The notes under the pieces: generated by a model
The model's database searches: none
Told to the model about the DNA's origin: nothing
Seen by the model: the letters and a program-made list of their open reading frames with translations, nothing else
Shown: piece after piece, positions 1 through 9,929 of the stretch
Layout: every line of letters begins with the position of its first letter
Numbering within the stretch: the stretch's first letter is position 1
Position numbers and translations under genes: made by a program
NCBI GenBank assembly: GCA_964275745.1
Contig: CAXYCT010000017.1
Span: 34,171 to 98,170, forward strand
Direction: 5' to 3'
DNA length: 64,000 nt
From: an uncultured Woeseiaceae bacterium
GTDB lineage: Bacteria > Pseudomonadota > Gammaproteobacteria > Steroidobacterales > Woeseiaceae

Positions 1-1
1 G

Positions 2-967
2 ATTGTTCAAGTGCCTGATTTACGTCTTCAATCTATTGCAGAGATTGTAAAGCCTGAAAAAATACTACCCGCAACAATGGAATTTGTTGATATTGCTGGT
101 TTGGTTGCAGGTGCATCAAAAGGAGAAGGCCTTGGTAATCAGTTTTTGGCGAATATTAGAGAGACAAACGCAATTGCTCATGTCGTTAGGTGTTTTGATG
201 ATAATGATGTAATTCATGTATCGGGTTCAGTGAATCCAATTGACGATATTTTGACAATCAACACTGAGCTTGCCTTGGCTGACATGGAATCAGTAGGAAA
301 GCAACTTTACAAAGCTGAACGTAATGCAAAAACCAATGAAAAATTTGCAATTCTAAGAAAAGACGCACTAAAGAAAACAAAACATCATCTTGATAAAGGT
401 GAGCCTGTCAGGACGTTAATATTAGATGAAAAAGAAAAAGAAATAATTGATGAGCTTCAATTACTAACTGCTAAACCAGTTATGTATATTGCAAATATGG
501 ATGAGGCGGGGATGCAGGGTAATACTTATCTTGATTCGCTAAAATCTTTAGCAAGAGAAGATGGTGCTGAAGTCGTTGAGGTATGTGCCGCTATTGAAGC
601 TGAAATTGCATTACTTGACGAACAGGATAAAGGTGAGTTTTTATCGGATATGAATCTTACTGAACCAGGTTTAAATCGAGTAATAAGAAGTGGTTATGCT
701 TTATTGGGGTTACAAACCTTTTTTACAGCAGGTCCAAAAGAAGTGCGTGCATGGACTACAAAAATACATGCCACGGCACCTAAAGCTGCTGCAGAAATTC
801 ATACTGACTTTGAAAGAGGATTTATTCGTGCCGAAGTAATCGCTTTCGATGATTATATCGAAAAAAAAGGTGAGCAAGGTGCTAAAGAATCAGGATTATT
901 GCGACTAGAAGGTAAGGAATATATTGTTCAGGAAGGCGATATAATGCATTTTAGATTTAATGTATGA
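2..967 (+). CDS. ychF: Ribosome-binding ATPase YchF, 5'-truncated by the window edge
   Basis: The reading frame is open from nt 2. The translation ...VQVPDLRLQSIAEIV...FVDIAGLVAGASKGEGLGNQFLANIRE... and the C-terminal ...RLEGKEYIVQEGDIMHFRFNV match the YchF/OLA1 family pattern. Confidence 0.9.
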   Translation: MVQVPDLRLQSIAEIVKPEKILPATMEFVDIAGLVAGASKGEGLGNQFLANIRETNAIAHVVRCFDDNDVIHVSGSVNPIDDILTINTELALADMESVGKQLYKAERNAKTNEKFAILRKDALKKTKHHLDKGEPVRTLILDEKEKEIIDELQLLTAKPVMYIANMDEAGMQGNTYLDSLKSLAREDGAEVVEVCAAIEAEIALLDEQDKGEFLSDMNLTEPGLNRVIRSGYALLGLQTFFTAGPKEVRAWTTKIHATAPKAAAEIHTDFERGFIRAEVIAFDDYIEKKGEQGAKESGLLRLEGKEYIVQEGDIMHFRFNV

Positions 968-1001
968 TCTAATTGATGAGTATTATTATCAGCTGAGTAG
1001 C

Positions 1002-1030
1002 TTGACAGATGATTATCATGTACGGACAAT
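1002..1030 (+). promoter_or_regulatory. Candidate sigma70 promoter for the tRNA gene
   Basis: TTGACA (1002-1007), a 17-nt spacer, then GACAAT (1025-1030), followed by a GC-rich CCTCGTC stretch about 28 nt upstream of the tRNA 5' end. Motif match by eye only. Confidence 0.4.
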
Positions 1031-1057
1031 CCTCGTCTAAAATTTAGAAAAATAAAA

Positions 1058-1134
1058 GGTGATGTAGCTCAGGCGGTTAGAGCGGCGCACTCATAACGCG
1101 CAGGTCGGTGGTTCAAGTCCACCCATCACCACCA
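1058..1134 (+). tRNA. tRNA with CAU anticodon (elongator tRNA-Met, or tRNA-Ile2 if C34 is lysidinylated)
   Basis: A 77-nt cloverleaf can be folded by hand: acceptor GGTGATG/CATCACC, D arm GCTC-AGGCGGTTA-GAGC, anticodon arm GCGCA-CTCATAA-CGCGC (with an A31-C39 mismatch), T arm GGTGG-TTCAAGT-CCACC, discriminator A and an encoded CCA. Confidence 0.85.
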
Positions 1135-1147
1135 TTTTATTTTTTTC

Positions 1148-2422
1148 TTATAAAAGATCTCTAATTTTATAGAACATTACCCCTAAAGATAATAAAGGCT
1201 TTTGAATTAAATGAGTGCCTGGTAATGCTATAGGGCGTATATCATTAAATAAATCGAATCTTTTCATCGAGCCTGAGATCGCTTCAGCCATAATTTTTCC
1301 AGCTAAATGTGTCATATTCACACCATGCCCTGAATAACCTTGACTATAAAATACATTCGGGGCTAATTTTCCAAGTTGAGGCACATGGTTGACTGTGACG
1401 CCAATTCTTCCCGTCCATGCGAAGTCAATTTTTACGTTATTTAAGTCTGGGTATATTCGTAACATTTTTTTACGAAGTTCTCTTTTCATATAGTTTTCAT
1501 CATTTCCATGATAATTAAGTCTTGTTCCAAATAACAAGCGCTTATCTCCCGTTAAACGGAAATATTCCAGTATATAATTTGGATCACACACTGCGAGATC
1601 TTGGGGATTAATTTTTTGGATAATCTCGTCTGAAAGTGGCTCTGTAACCATTACAAAACTATTTACAGGAATAATAAAATTACGCATTTTTTTATCTAAT
1701 TGATGATAAGCATTGCCTGCCAGTAATATTGTATTTGCACTAATGCTTCCATTGGCAGTATAAATTTTAGGTTTATTATCTTTATCTATCTTTATAACGG
1801 GAGATTGCTCATAGATCAAAGCACCTAATGATTCTGCAGCTTTTGCTTCACCAATACATAAATTCAGGGAATGCACATGGCCATTACCCATATTTAAGAG
1901 ACTACCTATATATTTATCTGTGCCAATTAGTCCAGCTGTTTCTTCTTTATCTAAAATTGCAGTTTCATGAGGATAGTTGTGATTATGCATATCCTCATGC
2001 CATCCTTTTATGGCTTTGAGGTGTCTTTTTTTGATTGCTATATCTAGAAAACCCCATTTAAGATCACAATCGATATCATATTGTTCAACTCGATTGCGAA
2101 TAATTTCATTACCTTCCCAGCGCATATTCCATATTAAATCTTCATCGTTGGCGTTATATTTTTTCTGCATGATATCATCACCTGAAAAACCACCAATAAT
2201 TTCACCACCATTTCTTCCAGATGCGCCCCAACCAATCTTATTAGCCTCTATTATAGTTACTTTGAAACCTAATTCTGAAAGGTGCAATCCAGCTGAGATG
2301 CCACTAAATCCAGCTCCAATAATACAAATATCTGTAGTTTGATGCCCTTTTAATTCTGGATAATTAGTAACTTCATTAATGCTGGCGGCGTAGTAAGAAT
2401 TTGTATGTTGAAGTGGTTTCAT
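1148..2422 (-). CDS. puuB: FAD-dependent oxidoreductase, gamma-glutamylputrescine oxidoreductase (PuuB)-like
   Basis: The N-terminal ...HTNSYYAASINE..., the dinucleotide fold ICIIGAGFSGISAGLHL, and GASGRNGG, QGYSGHGVNMTHLAG parallel my recollection of E. coli PuuB. The ORF extends to 2440, but the ATG at 2422 avoids overlap with the upstream stop and fits the PuuB N-terminus. Confidence 0.75.
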   Translation of the reverse strand: MKPLQHTNSYYAASINEVTNYPELKGHQTTDICIIGAGFSGISAGLHLSELGFKVTIIEANKIGWGASGRNGGEIIGGFSGDDIMQKKYNANDEDLIWNMRWEGNEIIRNRVEQYDIDCDLKWGFLDIAIKKRHLKAIKGWHEDMHNHNYPHETAILDKEETAGLIGTDKYIGSLLNMGNGHVHSLNLCIGEAKAAESLGALIYEQSPVIKIDKDNKPKIYTANGSISANTILLAGNAYHQLDKKMRNFIIPVNSFVMVTEPLSDEIIQKINPQDLAVCDPNYILEYFRLTGDKRLLFGTRLNYHGNDENYMKRELRKKMLRIYPDLNNVKIDFAWTGRIGVTVNHVPQLGKLAPNVFYSQGYSGHGVNMTHLAGKIMAEAISGSMKRFDLFNDIRPIALPGTHLIQKPLLSLGVMFYKIRDLL

Positions 2423-2429
2423 TACAGAT

Positions 2430-3749
2430 TTAATTAACATTTAATTGATCATTATCATTAAATACACCATTGAGCACTTCTCTTATAATGCGCCTCATTT
2501 CCATTGCATGATGATCTTCATTTCTTTTGTAACCAGTAAACACAGCAACTACATCTCGAGTTGGATTGATTAATAAGCCTTGACCTGCCCAGCCACCCTT
2601 GAAGAAATCATCGTTATCATAAACAAGATCCCATTGATAAACGTTATGTTTAATGTCACTTTCTTCAAAACCAGGAATATTTAAATTTTGGAGTAATTTT
2701 GGGTTACCACCATTTAAAATGAGATTAATATGGGCATCAGAAATTATTTTTTTATCGGAGACTAGTCCATAACTTGGGGTAAAAAGCATACCAAATCTGA
2801 TCATATCCCGCATTTTAGCCATAAAACCTCCATGCATTACTGCAATACCATTTCTTGGGGCTAAAAATGAAGCATCTGCTTCAGCACCAATGTGGTACCA
2901 AATTTCTTTACTTAATGCATCTTGGAATGGCATATTTGTTATTTCTTCAACTAACCAAGCAAGGATAAAAGTATTTAAACCCGAATAAGAGTACTCAGTA
3001 CCAGCTTCAACTTCCCGTTCAATAATCGTTTCTCTAATAAAGTCATAAGGATTATCTTTTGCTAGATCACTACGAAAACCATCACCAATGGACATGGAAT
3101 ATAGGTAGTAACAACTTTCTTTAGAAATGTAATCATCTGAGCAATTGAGACCTGTAGCCATATCAAGAATGTTTCTTATGGATATACCAGCAAAACTAGT
3201 ATCCTTTAAATCACTAATATAGGTTTCAATTGGAAGATTGACATTAATCAAGCCCCGCTCTTCATAGATTCGTATCAAAGTTGCCGGTAAAATTTTTGCT
3301 ACGGACCAATATATAGGCTTTTCGTATTCTTTCATCCTAGGATAGACTTCAAAAATAATTTTACCTTGATGACTGATAACAACACCCATTGCGGTTGACT
3401 CATCGCTGTGCAAATAATCATAAAAACTTAATTGACCTTTTGGTGTGTTGATTTTATAAGACGCTAGATCTTTAGAAAGTTCTTTTTTTAATTCTTTGAC
3501 TGGTCCATTTCGATATACATTTACCGTGGGAAAGATTCGATGCAGATTCTTGAAGTTCCACGCCATATCTGACCCATTCTTAGTCCACCATATATCGCTA
3601 TCAGGTAATTTAGAAAATTGATCTTTTACAGCATCAACTGAAGATGAAGATTCAAATACAGAAGTTGAATAATTAGTTTCTTTGGGTGCTTCGCAGCCAA
3701 TAACTAAAGAAAAAAATACGATCAATGAAAATTTATATTGTTTGGGCAT
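2430..3749 (-). CDS. Serine hydrolase of the beta-lactamase/transpeptidase-like family, probable lipoprotein
   Basis: 439 aa. It has a signal peptide with a lipobox-like LVIGC and an SxxK motif (YWSVAKILP), and the overall pattern resembles class-C beta-lactamase-like esterases/amidases. Confidence 0.6.
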   Translation of the reverse strand: MPKQYKFSLIVFFSLVIGCEAPKETNYSTSVFESSSSVDAVKDQFSKLPDSDIWWTKNGSDMAWNFKNLHRIFPTVNVYRNGPVKELKKELSKDLASYKINTPKGQLSFYDYLHSDESTAMGVVISHQGKIIFEVYPRMKEYEKPIYWSVAKILPATLIRIYEERGLINVNLPIETYISDLKDTSFAGISIRNILDMATGLNCSDDYISKESCYYLYSMSIGDGFRSDLAKDNPYDFIRETIIEREVEAGTEYSYSGLNTFILAWLVEEITNMPFQDALSKEIWYHIGAEADASFLAPRNGIAVMHGGFMAKMRDMIRFGMLFTPSYGLVSDKKIISDAHINLILNGGNPKLLQNLNIPGFEESDIKHNVYQWDLVYDNDDFFKGGWAGQGLLINPTRDVVAVFTGYKRNEDHHAMEMRRIIREVLNGVFNDNDQLNVN

Positions 3750-4132
3750 CGTTTTTTCCTTACAAGTTTAGACCGTGAGCATTATTATCATTTAAAAAAG
3801 CATTTGTTAATTTTATAAACTATCGTAATAGACAATTTAATACAAAAATTGATACCGCAATATGAACCATTACTTAAAAAAAATAAATTTTTTTTTCAAG
3901 CTCATATGACAAAGAAATAAGAGTATAAGTCTTGATAGTCAAGCAAAGTTAATTCATGATTATTTTAAAATTATGAGAAAATAGTGTATTTATATCACGA
4001 ACATTCCATTAGACTTTTGAAAATGGAATAAGGGCATGCGCAATATTTCTGTTTGAACTAAATAGTTATTCTTAAAGCTCTTGATTCTTATCATAAAGAA
4101 TTAAGATTATACAGTGACTCATTGGAAAATTG

Positions 4133-6154
4133 ATGACTGCAACAAAGCAAAAAAAAGAATGTAAAGTCGTTTTTATGCCATCAGGTAAGCGAGGATACTT
4201 TGATAAAGGAACCTCATTATTGGGTGCCGCCAGGCAACTTGGTGTCGATATTGATTCGGTTTGTGGCGGTCGAGCTCTTTGTGGTCGTTGTCAGGTAGAG
4301 GTAACAGAAGGTGACTTTTCTAAGCATAATATTCATTCGTCCTTCGCATCGGTGGAAATAATTACTGAAGCAGAAAATAAATATCATGAAAGAAGAGGCC
4401 TGGATCAAAATAGACGATTAAGCTGTCAAGCCCTACTTATGTCTGATGCTGTTATAGATGTTCCAGCTAGTTCTCAGGTTCATCAACAAGTGATTAGAAA
4501 AAAGCATGAAGCACATGATATTGATATTGACCCAATTATAAAGTCTTATTATGTTCAGGTTGAAGAGCCTGATATGCATAAAAGTGCTGGTGATTTGTTA
4601 CGTCTAATGGATGCTTTAAGCAAAGAATGGGATTTGGAAGCATTAACATGTTCATTAGAAGTGGTTCAATCTCTGCAAAAAGTTTTAAGATTGGGTAAAT
4701 GGAATATTACTGTTGCAGTGAGAGATAACTCTGAAATTATTTCGGTCTGGCCCGGATTTAAAGAGATATTATATGGTGTAGCGATAGATGTTGGTTCTAC
4801 GACTATCGCCGCACATTTATGTGAATTAAGTACAGGCAAAGTGGTTGCAAGTTCAGGTCTGATGAATCCTCAAATTCGATTTGGCGAAGATTTAATGAGT
4901 CGTGTTTCCTATATCATGATGAATGACGGTGGGGAGCGTGATTTAATTAAAGTAGTAAGAGAATCCATCGATAAAATCATTGCTAATCTTGTTAAAGAGC
5001 ACGATATATCTAGCTTAGATATATGTGAAATTACTCTAGTTGGAAATCCTATTATGCACCATCTGGTGCTTGGAATTAATCCAATAGAGCTAGGTGCTGC
5101 GCCATTCGCCCTAGCTACGGATACGAGCACAACCATTAGGGCGTCAAAACTAAATATCAATGTAAATCCTGGGTGTTATGTATATGTTTTACCTTGTGTT
5201 GCAGGGCATGTTGGAGCCGACGCTGCTGGTGTTATTTTAGCTGAAGAGCCTTACGCGAAGGATGAAATTTCTTTGGTCGTAGATATTGGAACAAATGCTG
5301 AGATAATATTAGGAAATAAGGATAGATTACTAGCTGCATCGAGTCCAACAGGGCCTGCTTTTGAAGGAGCGCAGATCAGCTCTGGTCAACGAGCAGCTCC
5401 TGGAGCAATAGAGCGCGCTCGAATAGATCCTGTTTCGCTTGAGCCTAGATTTAAGATTATTGGATGTGATTACTGGTCAGATGAAAAAGAATTCCTAGAG
5501 AATCTTCCAGCGGGAGGTATTACTGGGATTTGCGGGTCAGGGATTATAGAAATTGTAGCTGAATTGTATTTAAGCGGAGTGGTTGATCAAGATGGCAAGA
5601 TCAATGAGAATGCAGCTTCCCGATCCAAAAGAATAATAGAGGATGGTAGAACATACTCATATTTATTACATCAAGGTGATCAAGATATAAAAATCACACA
5701 AAATGATATTAGAGCGATCCAATTAGCAAAAGCGGCATTGTATGCTGGCGTCAAACTTTTAATGGCGCATTTAAAGATAAAAAAAGTCGACCGCATTCGC
5801 CTAGCTGGAGCTTTTGGAACTCACATCGATGTGAAATATGCAATGGCGCTAGGGCTTATTCCAGATTGTGAGTTAGAGCAAGTTTCATCAGCTGGAAATG
5901 CAGCAGGAACAGGCGCAAGAATTACCTTATTGGATAAAAAAAGTAGAGCAAAGTTAGAGCATGAAGTCAGATTAATTGAAAAAATTGAAACTGCGGTTGA
6001 AAAATCTTTTCAAGACGAATTTGTAGCTGCGATGGCACTACCTCATCAGAAAGATGATTTTACTAATTTAGCTACAGTTTTTAATTTACCTGAACGAAGT
6101 AAAAAAGCCTCAGGGATGAACATGAGAAAAAGAAATAGAAGGCGTAAGAGCTAA
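4133..6154 (+). CDS. 2Fe-2S ferredoxin domain + ASKHA (DUF4445) protein, resembling the reductive activator of corrinoid proteins (RACo)
   Basis: The N-terminal plant-type ferredoxin cysteines (CGGRALCGRC...SC) are followed by actin/sugar-kinase-fold motifs (AIDVGSTTIAAHL, VVDIGTNAEI, GICGSG). The ORF track starts at TTG 4130; ATG 4133 is more likely. Confidence 0.7.
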   Translation: MTATKQKKECKVVFMPSGKRGYFDKGTSLLGAARQLGVDIDSVCGGRALCGRCQVEVTEGDFSKHNIHSSFASVEIITEAENKYHERRGLDQNRRLSCQALLMSDAVIDVPASSQVHQQVIRKKHEAHDIDIDPIIKSYYVQVEEPDMHKSAGDLLRLMDALSKEWDLEALTCSLEVVQSLQKVLRLGKWNITVAVRDNSEIISVWPGFKEILYGVAIDVGSTTIAAHLCELSTGKVVASSGLMNPQIRFGEDLMSRVSYIMMNDGGERDLIKVVRESIDKIIANLVKEHDISSLDICEITLVGNPIMHHLVLGINPIELGAAPFALATDTSTTIRASKLNINVNPGCYVYVLPCVAGHVGADAAGVILAEEPYAKDEISLVVDIGTNAEIILGNKDRLLAASSPTGPAFEGAQISSGQRAAPGAIERARIDPVSLEPRFKIIGCDYWSDEKEFLENLPAGGITGICGSGIIEIVAELYLSGVVDQDGKINENAASRSKRIIEDGRTYSYLLHQGDQDIKITQNDIRAIQLAKAALYAGVKLLMAHLKIKKVDRIRLAGAFGTHIDVKYAMALGLIPDCELEQVSSAGNAAGTGARITLLDKKSRAKLEHEVRLIEKIETAVEKSFQDEFVAAMALPHQKDDFTNLATVFNLPERSKKASGMNMRKRNRRRKS

Positions 6155-6266
6155 AATAAGACACAAAGTAAATCAGTTACAACATTTTTTATGTCACTTT
6201 TGTGATAGATAGAAATTGTAAACACTGTTAAATTATTTTAATCGACATCACAAGAAGGAAATAATT

Positions 6267-7175
6267 ATGAAAATTGATTTAGAAGGGCAAGTTGCTATTG
6301 TCACGGGAGCTGGAAGGGGGCTTGGCAGAGCTCATGCAATAGCTCTTGCTGAAAGAGGAGCAAAAGTTATCGTAAATGATCTGGCTACAGAAGGAAGTGT
6401 TTCTGAGAATGCAGAATCTGTTGTGAACGAGATAGCAAATAATGGTGGAGAGGCTCTTGCAAATGGAGCTAATGTAGCTGATTTCGATCAAGTTCAAGCT
6501 ATGATTACACAGGCTATGGATGCATGGGGTCGTATTGATATTTTAGTTAATAATGCTGGCATTCTGAGGGATAAAACTTTCCTCAAGATGACGCCAGAAG
6601 ATATGCGAATGGTTGTCGATGTTCATCTTATGGGCTCAATGTATTGTGCGAAAGCGGTATGGGAAATTATGCGTGAACAAGCATATGGTAGAGTTGTATT
6701 TACCTCATCAAGCTCAGGGCTTTATGGGAATTTTGGCCAGACAAATTATGGAGCGGCAAAGATGGCTATGGTAGGTATGATGAATACACTGCATTTAGAA
6801 GGGATGAAATATAATATTAAAGTTAACTGTCTCGCTCCAGCTGCAGGAACAGAAATGACTAAAGGTTTATTTCCTGAACCTGTTTTTGATTTGTTGTCAC
6901 CCGAAGCTGTCAGTCCTGGTGTTGTGTTTCTCTGCAGTAAGGATGCACCAAGTAGAATAGTTCTGGGCGCTGGTGGTGGAAGTTTTGACATCTTTAAAGG
7001 CTTTGAGACAGTAGGGATAAATTTACTCCCAGATGCATTGACTGCTGAAGGAGTTGCAGAGCACTGGCAAGCCATTTGTGATGAAAAAGGGATGGAGGAA
7101 ACCCAGAGTGGAGCAGAACAAACTCAAAAATTTGCAATACAAGGCGCAACAAAATTAGGCCTTGATTTAAGTTAA
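6267..7175 (+). CDS. SDR-family oxidoreductase (like the MFE-2-type 3-hydroxyacyl-CoA dehydrogenase domain)
   Basis: VTGAGRGLGRAHA (TGxxxGxG), NNAG, the catalytic Y in NYGAAK, and an AAGGAA RBS 7 nt upstream. Confidence 0.8.
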   Translation: MKIDLEGQVAIVTGAGRGLGRAHAIALAERGAKVIVNDLATEGSVSENAESVVNEIANNGGEALANGANVADFDQVQAMITQAMDAWGRIDILVNNAGILRDKTFLKMTPEDMRMVVDVHLMGSMYCAKAVWEIMREQAYGRVVFTSSSSGLYGNFGQTNYGAAKMAMVGMMNTLHLEGMKYNIKVNCLAPAAGTEMTKGLFPEPVFDLLSPEAVSPGVVFLCSKDAPSRIVLGAGGGSFDIFKGFETVGINLLPDALTAEGVAEHWQAICDEKGMEETQSGAEQTQKFAIQGATKLGLDLS

Positions 7176-7214
7176 TATAAAGTGAAAAATTAAAAATAAA
7201 ATTAAGGAAATATT

Positions 7215-8396
7215 ATGCGTGAAGCAGTAATTGTATCAACAGCTCGAACACCGATTGGACGTGCATATCGAGGCGCTTTTAATAATACTGATGCACCAAC
7301 TATGGGTGGACATGCGATTCGACATGCTGTGTCTAGAGCAGGTATTGAATCAGCTGCTGTTGAGGACGTAATAATGGGCTGTGGTATGCAACAAGGTACT
7401 CAAAGTCAAAATGTTGCTAGATTATGTGCTTTATCCGCTGATTTACCTGTAACTACGGCAGGAATGACAATAGATAGGCAGTGCTCTTCTGGCATGATGG
7501 CGATTGCTACTGCATCAAAATCAATAATGGCTGGCGAGCATGACATACTGGTGGCAGGTGGATTGGAATCAATCAGTTTGGTTCAAAATGAACATGCGAA
7601 CATGTATAGAATTATTGATAAAAATCTTACGGCAAAGCATCAGCACATTTATATGCCAATGTTAGATACTGCAGAAGTGGTCGCTAATCGCTATGATATT
7701 AGTAGAGATGACCAAGATGCATATGCCTTGCAGAGTCAACAAAGGACGGCGAAGGCTCAAGATACTGGAAAATATGATGATGAAATTGCACCATTAGCTT
7801 CCAGTATGGGTATTATGGATCGTGAAACTGGTAAAGTTAGTTTCAGGGATGTCATGCTTGAAAAAGACGAAGGTAATCGTCCAGAAACAAATATTGAGGG
7901 TTTAGCGGGGCTTAAAACAGTCAGGGAAGATGGCTTTATAACAGCAGGAAATGCGAGTCAATTATCAGATGGTGCATCCGCTTCAGTATTAATGAGTGCA
8001 GATCTAGCAAAACATAATAATATTGAGCCATTGGGTTATTATCGCTCAACGGCAGTGATGGGATGCAGTCCCGATGAAATGGGGATTGGTCCTGTTTTTG
8101 CAGTGCCAAAACTACTCGAACAAACTGGGCTAAAAATGGAAGATATTGATCTCTGGGAGCTTAATGAAGCGTTTGCTGTTCAAGTTATCTATTGTCGTGA
8201 TCGATTAGGAATTCCCAATGATAAATTAAATGTTAACGGCGGTGCCATATCGATTGGACATCCTTATGGGATGTCTGGGGCAAGAATGGTAGGTCATGCT
8301 CTGATAGAAGGTAAGCGAAGAGGTGCACGTTATGTTGTATGTACTATGTGTATTGGAGGTGGCCAAGGTGCTGCTTCGCTATTTGAGGTTGCATGA
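7215..8396 (+). CDS. Acetyl-CoA C-acyltransferase (thiolase)
   Basis: The active-site Cys context [25 protein letters not shown] and the C-terminal CIGGGQGAA are thiolase hallmarks. Confidence 0.9.
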   Translation: MREAVIVSTARTPIGRAYRGAFNNTDAPTMGGHAIRHAVSRAGIESAAVEDVIMGCGMQQGTQSQNVARLCALSADLPVTTAGMTIDRQCSSGMMAIATASKSIMAGEHDILVAGGLESISLVQNEHANMYRIIDKNLTAKHQHIYMPMLDTAEVVANRYDISRDDQDAYALQSQQRTAKAQDTGKYDDEIAPLASSMGIMDRETGKVSFRDVMLEKDEGNRPETNIEGLAGLKTVREDGFITAGNASQLSDGASASVLMSADLAKHNNIEPLGYYRSTAVMGCSPDEMGIGPVFAVPKLLEQTGLKMEDIDLWELNEAFAVQVIYCRDRLGIPNDKLNVNGGAISIGHPYGMSGARMVGHALIEGKRRGARYVVCTMCIGGGQGAASLFEVA

Positions 8397-8425
8397 TAAA
8401 TCTTTTTGAGATGATAGGATAAATT

Positions 8426-9409
8426 ATGCGTGCATTGATTTGTAAAAAATACGGTCCACCTAATGATCTCTGTCTTGAATTGATGGACGATCCAGTTCCT
8501 AAAAAAAGTCAATTATTGGTGAACGTGAAAGCTGCTGGAATAAATTTTCCAGATGTATTAGCCATTGAAGGAAAGTACCAAGTTAAAACAGAACCACCAT
8601 TTGTACCTGGAAATGAAGCAGCAGGAATTGTTGAAGCAATTGGAGATGATGTGACTCGGTTTAAGCCTGGAGATCACGTGATAGTCACCAGTAATGGCGG
8701 CGCATTTGCCGAAAAGTGTATTGTTGATGAAAATAAGTCAATTAATTTGATACCAGAATTGAATTTTTCTCAAGGGGCTGGGTTTATGGTCACTTATGGA
8801 ACGAGTTATCATGCTTTGCATCAATCAGCGAATATCCAGAAAGATGAGACATTACTGGTATTGGGGGCAGCAGGTGGAGTGGGTATTACCGCAGTGGAGA
8901 TTGCCAAAGCTAAAGGCGCAAGAGTTATTGCTGCTGCCAGTAGCGATGATAAATTAGCTTTTGCGAGAGAGGCTGGAGCTGATGAACTTATTAATTACTC
9001 AGAAATGCCATTAAAAGAGACAGTAAAAGAATTGACACAAGGGAAAGGTGTCGACGTTGTTTATGATCCGGTGGGTGGCAAATTAGCCGATGAAGCATTA
9101 AGAGCGACTGCTTGGCATGGGAGATACTTAGTCATTGGTTTTGCTTGTGGTGATATTCCAAAATTTCCAGCTAATATATTACTTCTTAAGGAAGCCAGTA
9201 TAATTGGAGTATGGTGGGGAACTTGGGCAGCAAAGAACCCTAAGTTACATTTTCAGAACTTAAAAGAAATTTCATATTTAATAAAAACTGGAAAATTAAG
9301 CCCAAAAATTACAGAGGAATATTCTATTGAGCGTTACCAAGATGCGTTTAAAGTGATCACAGAGAGACGCGCGAAAGGTAAAGTTGTACTTACGATGACT
9401 GGCCATTAA
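8426..9409 (+). CDS. NADPH:quinone oxidoreductase / MDR-family zinc-independent reductase
   Basis: 327 aa, with the GroES-like N-terminus (GINFPD, PFVPGNEAAG) and the Rossmann motif LVLGAAGGVGITAV. Confidence 0.75.
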   Translation: MRALICKKYGPPNDLCLELMDDPVPKKSQLLVNVKAAGINFPDVLAIEGKYQVKTEPPFVPGNEAAGIVEAIGDDVTRFKPGDHVIVTSNGGAFAEKCIVDENKSINLIPELNFSQGAGFMVTYGTSYHALHQSANIQKDETLLVLGAAGGVGITAVEIAKAKGARVIAAASSDDKLAFAREAGADELINYSEMPLKETVKELTQGKGVDVVYDPVGGKLADEALRATAWHGRYLVIGFACGDIPKFPANILLLKEASIIGVWWGTWAAKNPKLHFQNLKEISYLIKTGKLSPKITEEYSIERYQDAFKVITERRAKGKVVLTMTGH

Positions 9410-9424
9410 AAAAAGGAAAGTAGA

Positions 9425-9886
9425 ATGAAATTAGTTGTTCCTGTTGAGGATTTAAATGATTATATTGGCAAAGATATTGGTCATTCAGACTGGTTTTTGA
9501 TTGATCAAGACCGAATCAACAAATTTGCAGAGGTAACAATAGATCATCAATTTATTCATGTTGATGAAGCGCAAGCAAAGAATGGCCCTTTTGGATCAAC
9601 TATTGCTCATGGCTTTCTAACACTTTCAATGCTGACTCACTTAACTGAGTCATGTGGCTTAATACCTCAAAACTCAGTAATGGGTATCAATTATGGATTT
9701 GATAAGGTTCGTTTCTTAATGCCTCTAAAGGTTAATAATCGTATTCGAGCTAGAGTAAAACCTCTATCGGTAGTAGAGAGAAATCCGGGTCAGTGGCTTA
9801 TGAAGTCAGAGGTTACGATAGAGATTGAAAATGAAGAAAAACCTGCATTAGCCTGCGAATGGCTGTCATTAGTTTTTACAAAATAG
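9425..9886 (+). CDS. MaoC-family (R)-specific enoyl-CoA hydratase (hot-dog fold)
   Basis: 153 aa, with DQDRINKFAEVTIDHQFIHVDE...GSTIAHGF typical of MaoC dehydratase domains. It closes the same-strand cluster 4133-9886. Confidence 0.75.
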   Translation: MKLVVPVEDLNDYIGKDIGHSDWFLIDQDRINKFAEVTIDHQFIHVDEAQAKNGPFGSTIAHGFLTLSMLTHLTESCGLIPQNSVMGINYGFDKVRFLMPLKVNNRIRARVKPLSVVERNPGQWLMKSEVTIEIENEEKPALACEWLSLVFTK

Positions 9887-9929
9887 AAACTTTCATCTCA
9901 GATATTAATTCTATGGTTATTTATAATAC

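Noticed and set aside
1828-2342. Antisense ORFs 1828..2019 and 2010..2342. The same applies to similar 60-130-aa ORFs opposite long genes, e.g. 4217..4408, 4909..5160, 6279..6497, 6746..7075, 11730..12035, 16506..17066, 18226..18957, 28569..28952, 29250..29531, 35531..35893, 59436..59762 and 62724..63125.
   Set aside because: They lie entirely inside much longer ORFs with clear family-level motifs on the other strand. Their composition is low-complexity or hydrophobic, as expected of shadow frames, and they have no RBS.
1058-3749. A tRNA gene as a possible integration site of a genomic island.
   Set aside because: No integrase, direct repeat of the tRNA 3' end, or phage/transposon genes follow. 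The neighbouring genes are ordinary metabolic genes of similar composition.
3750-4129. A possible cobalamin riboswitch in the 380-nt spacer upstream of the RACo-like gene.
   Set aside because: The spacer is extremely AT-rich, with no B12-box-like GC-rich element. It has only short inverted repeats (e.g. CTTGA-TAG-TCAAG, TTCCATT...AATGGAA) that I cannot assign.
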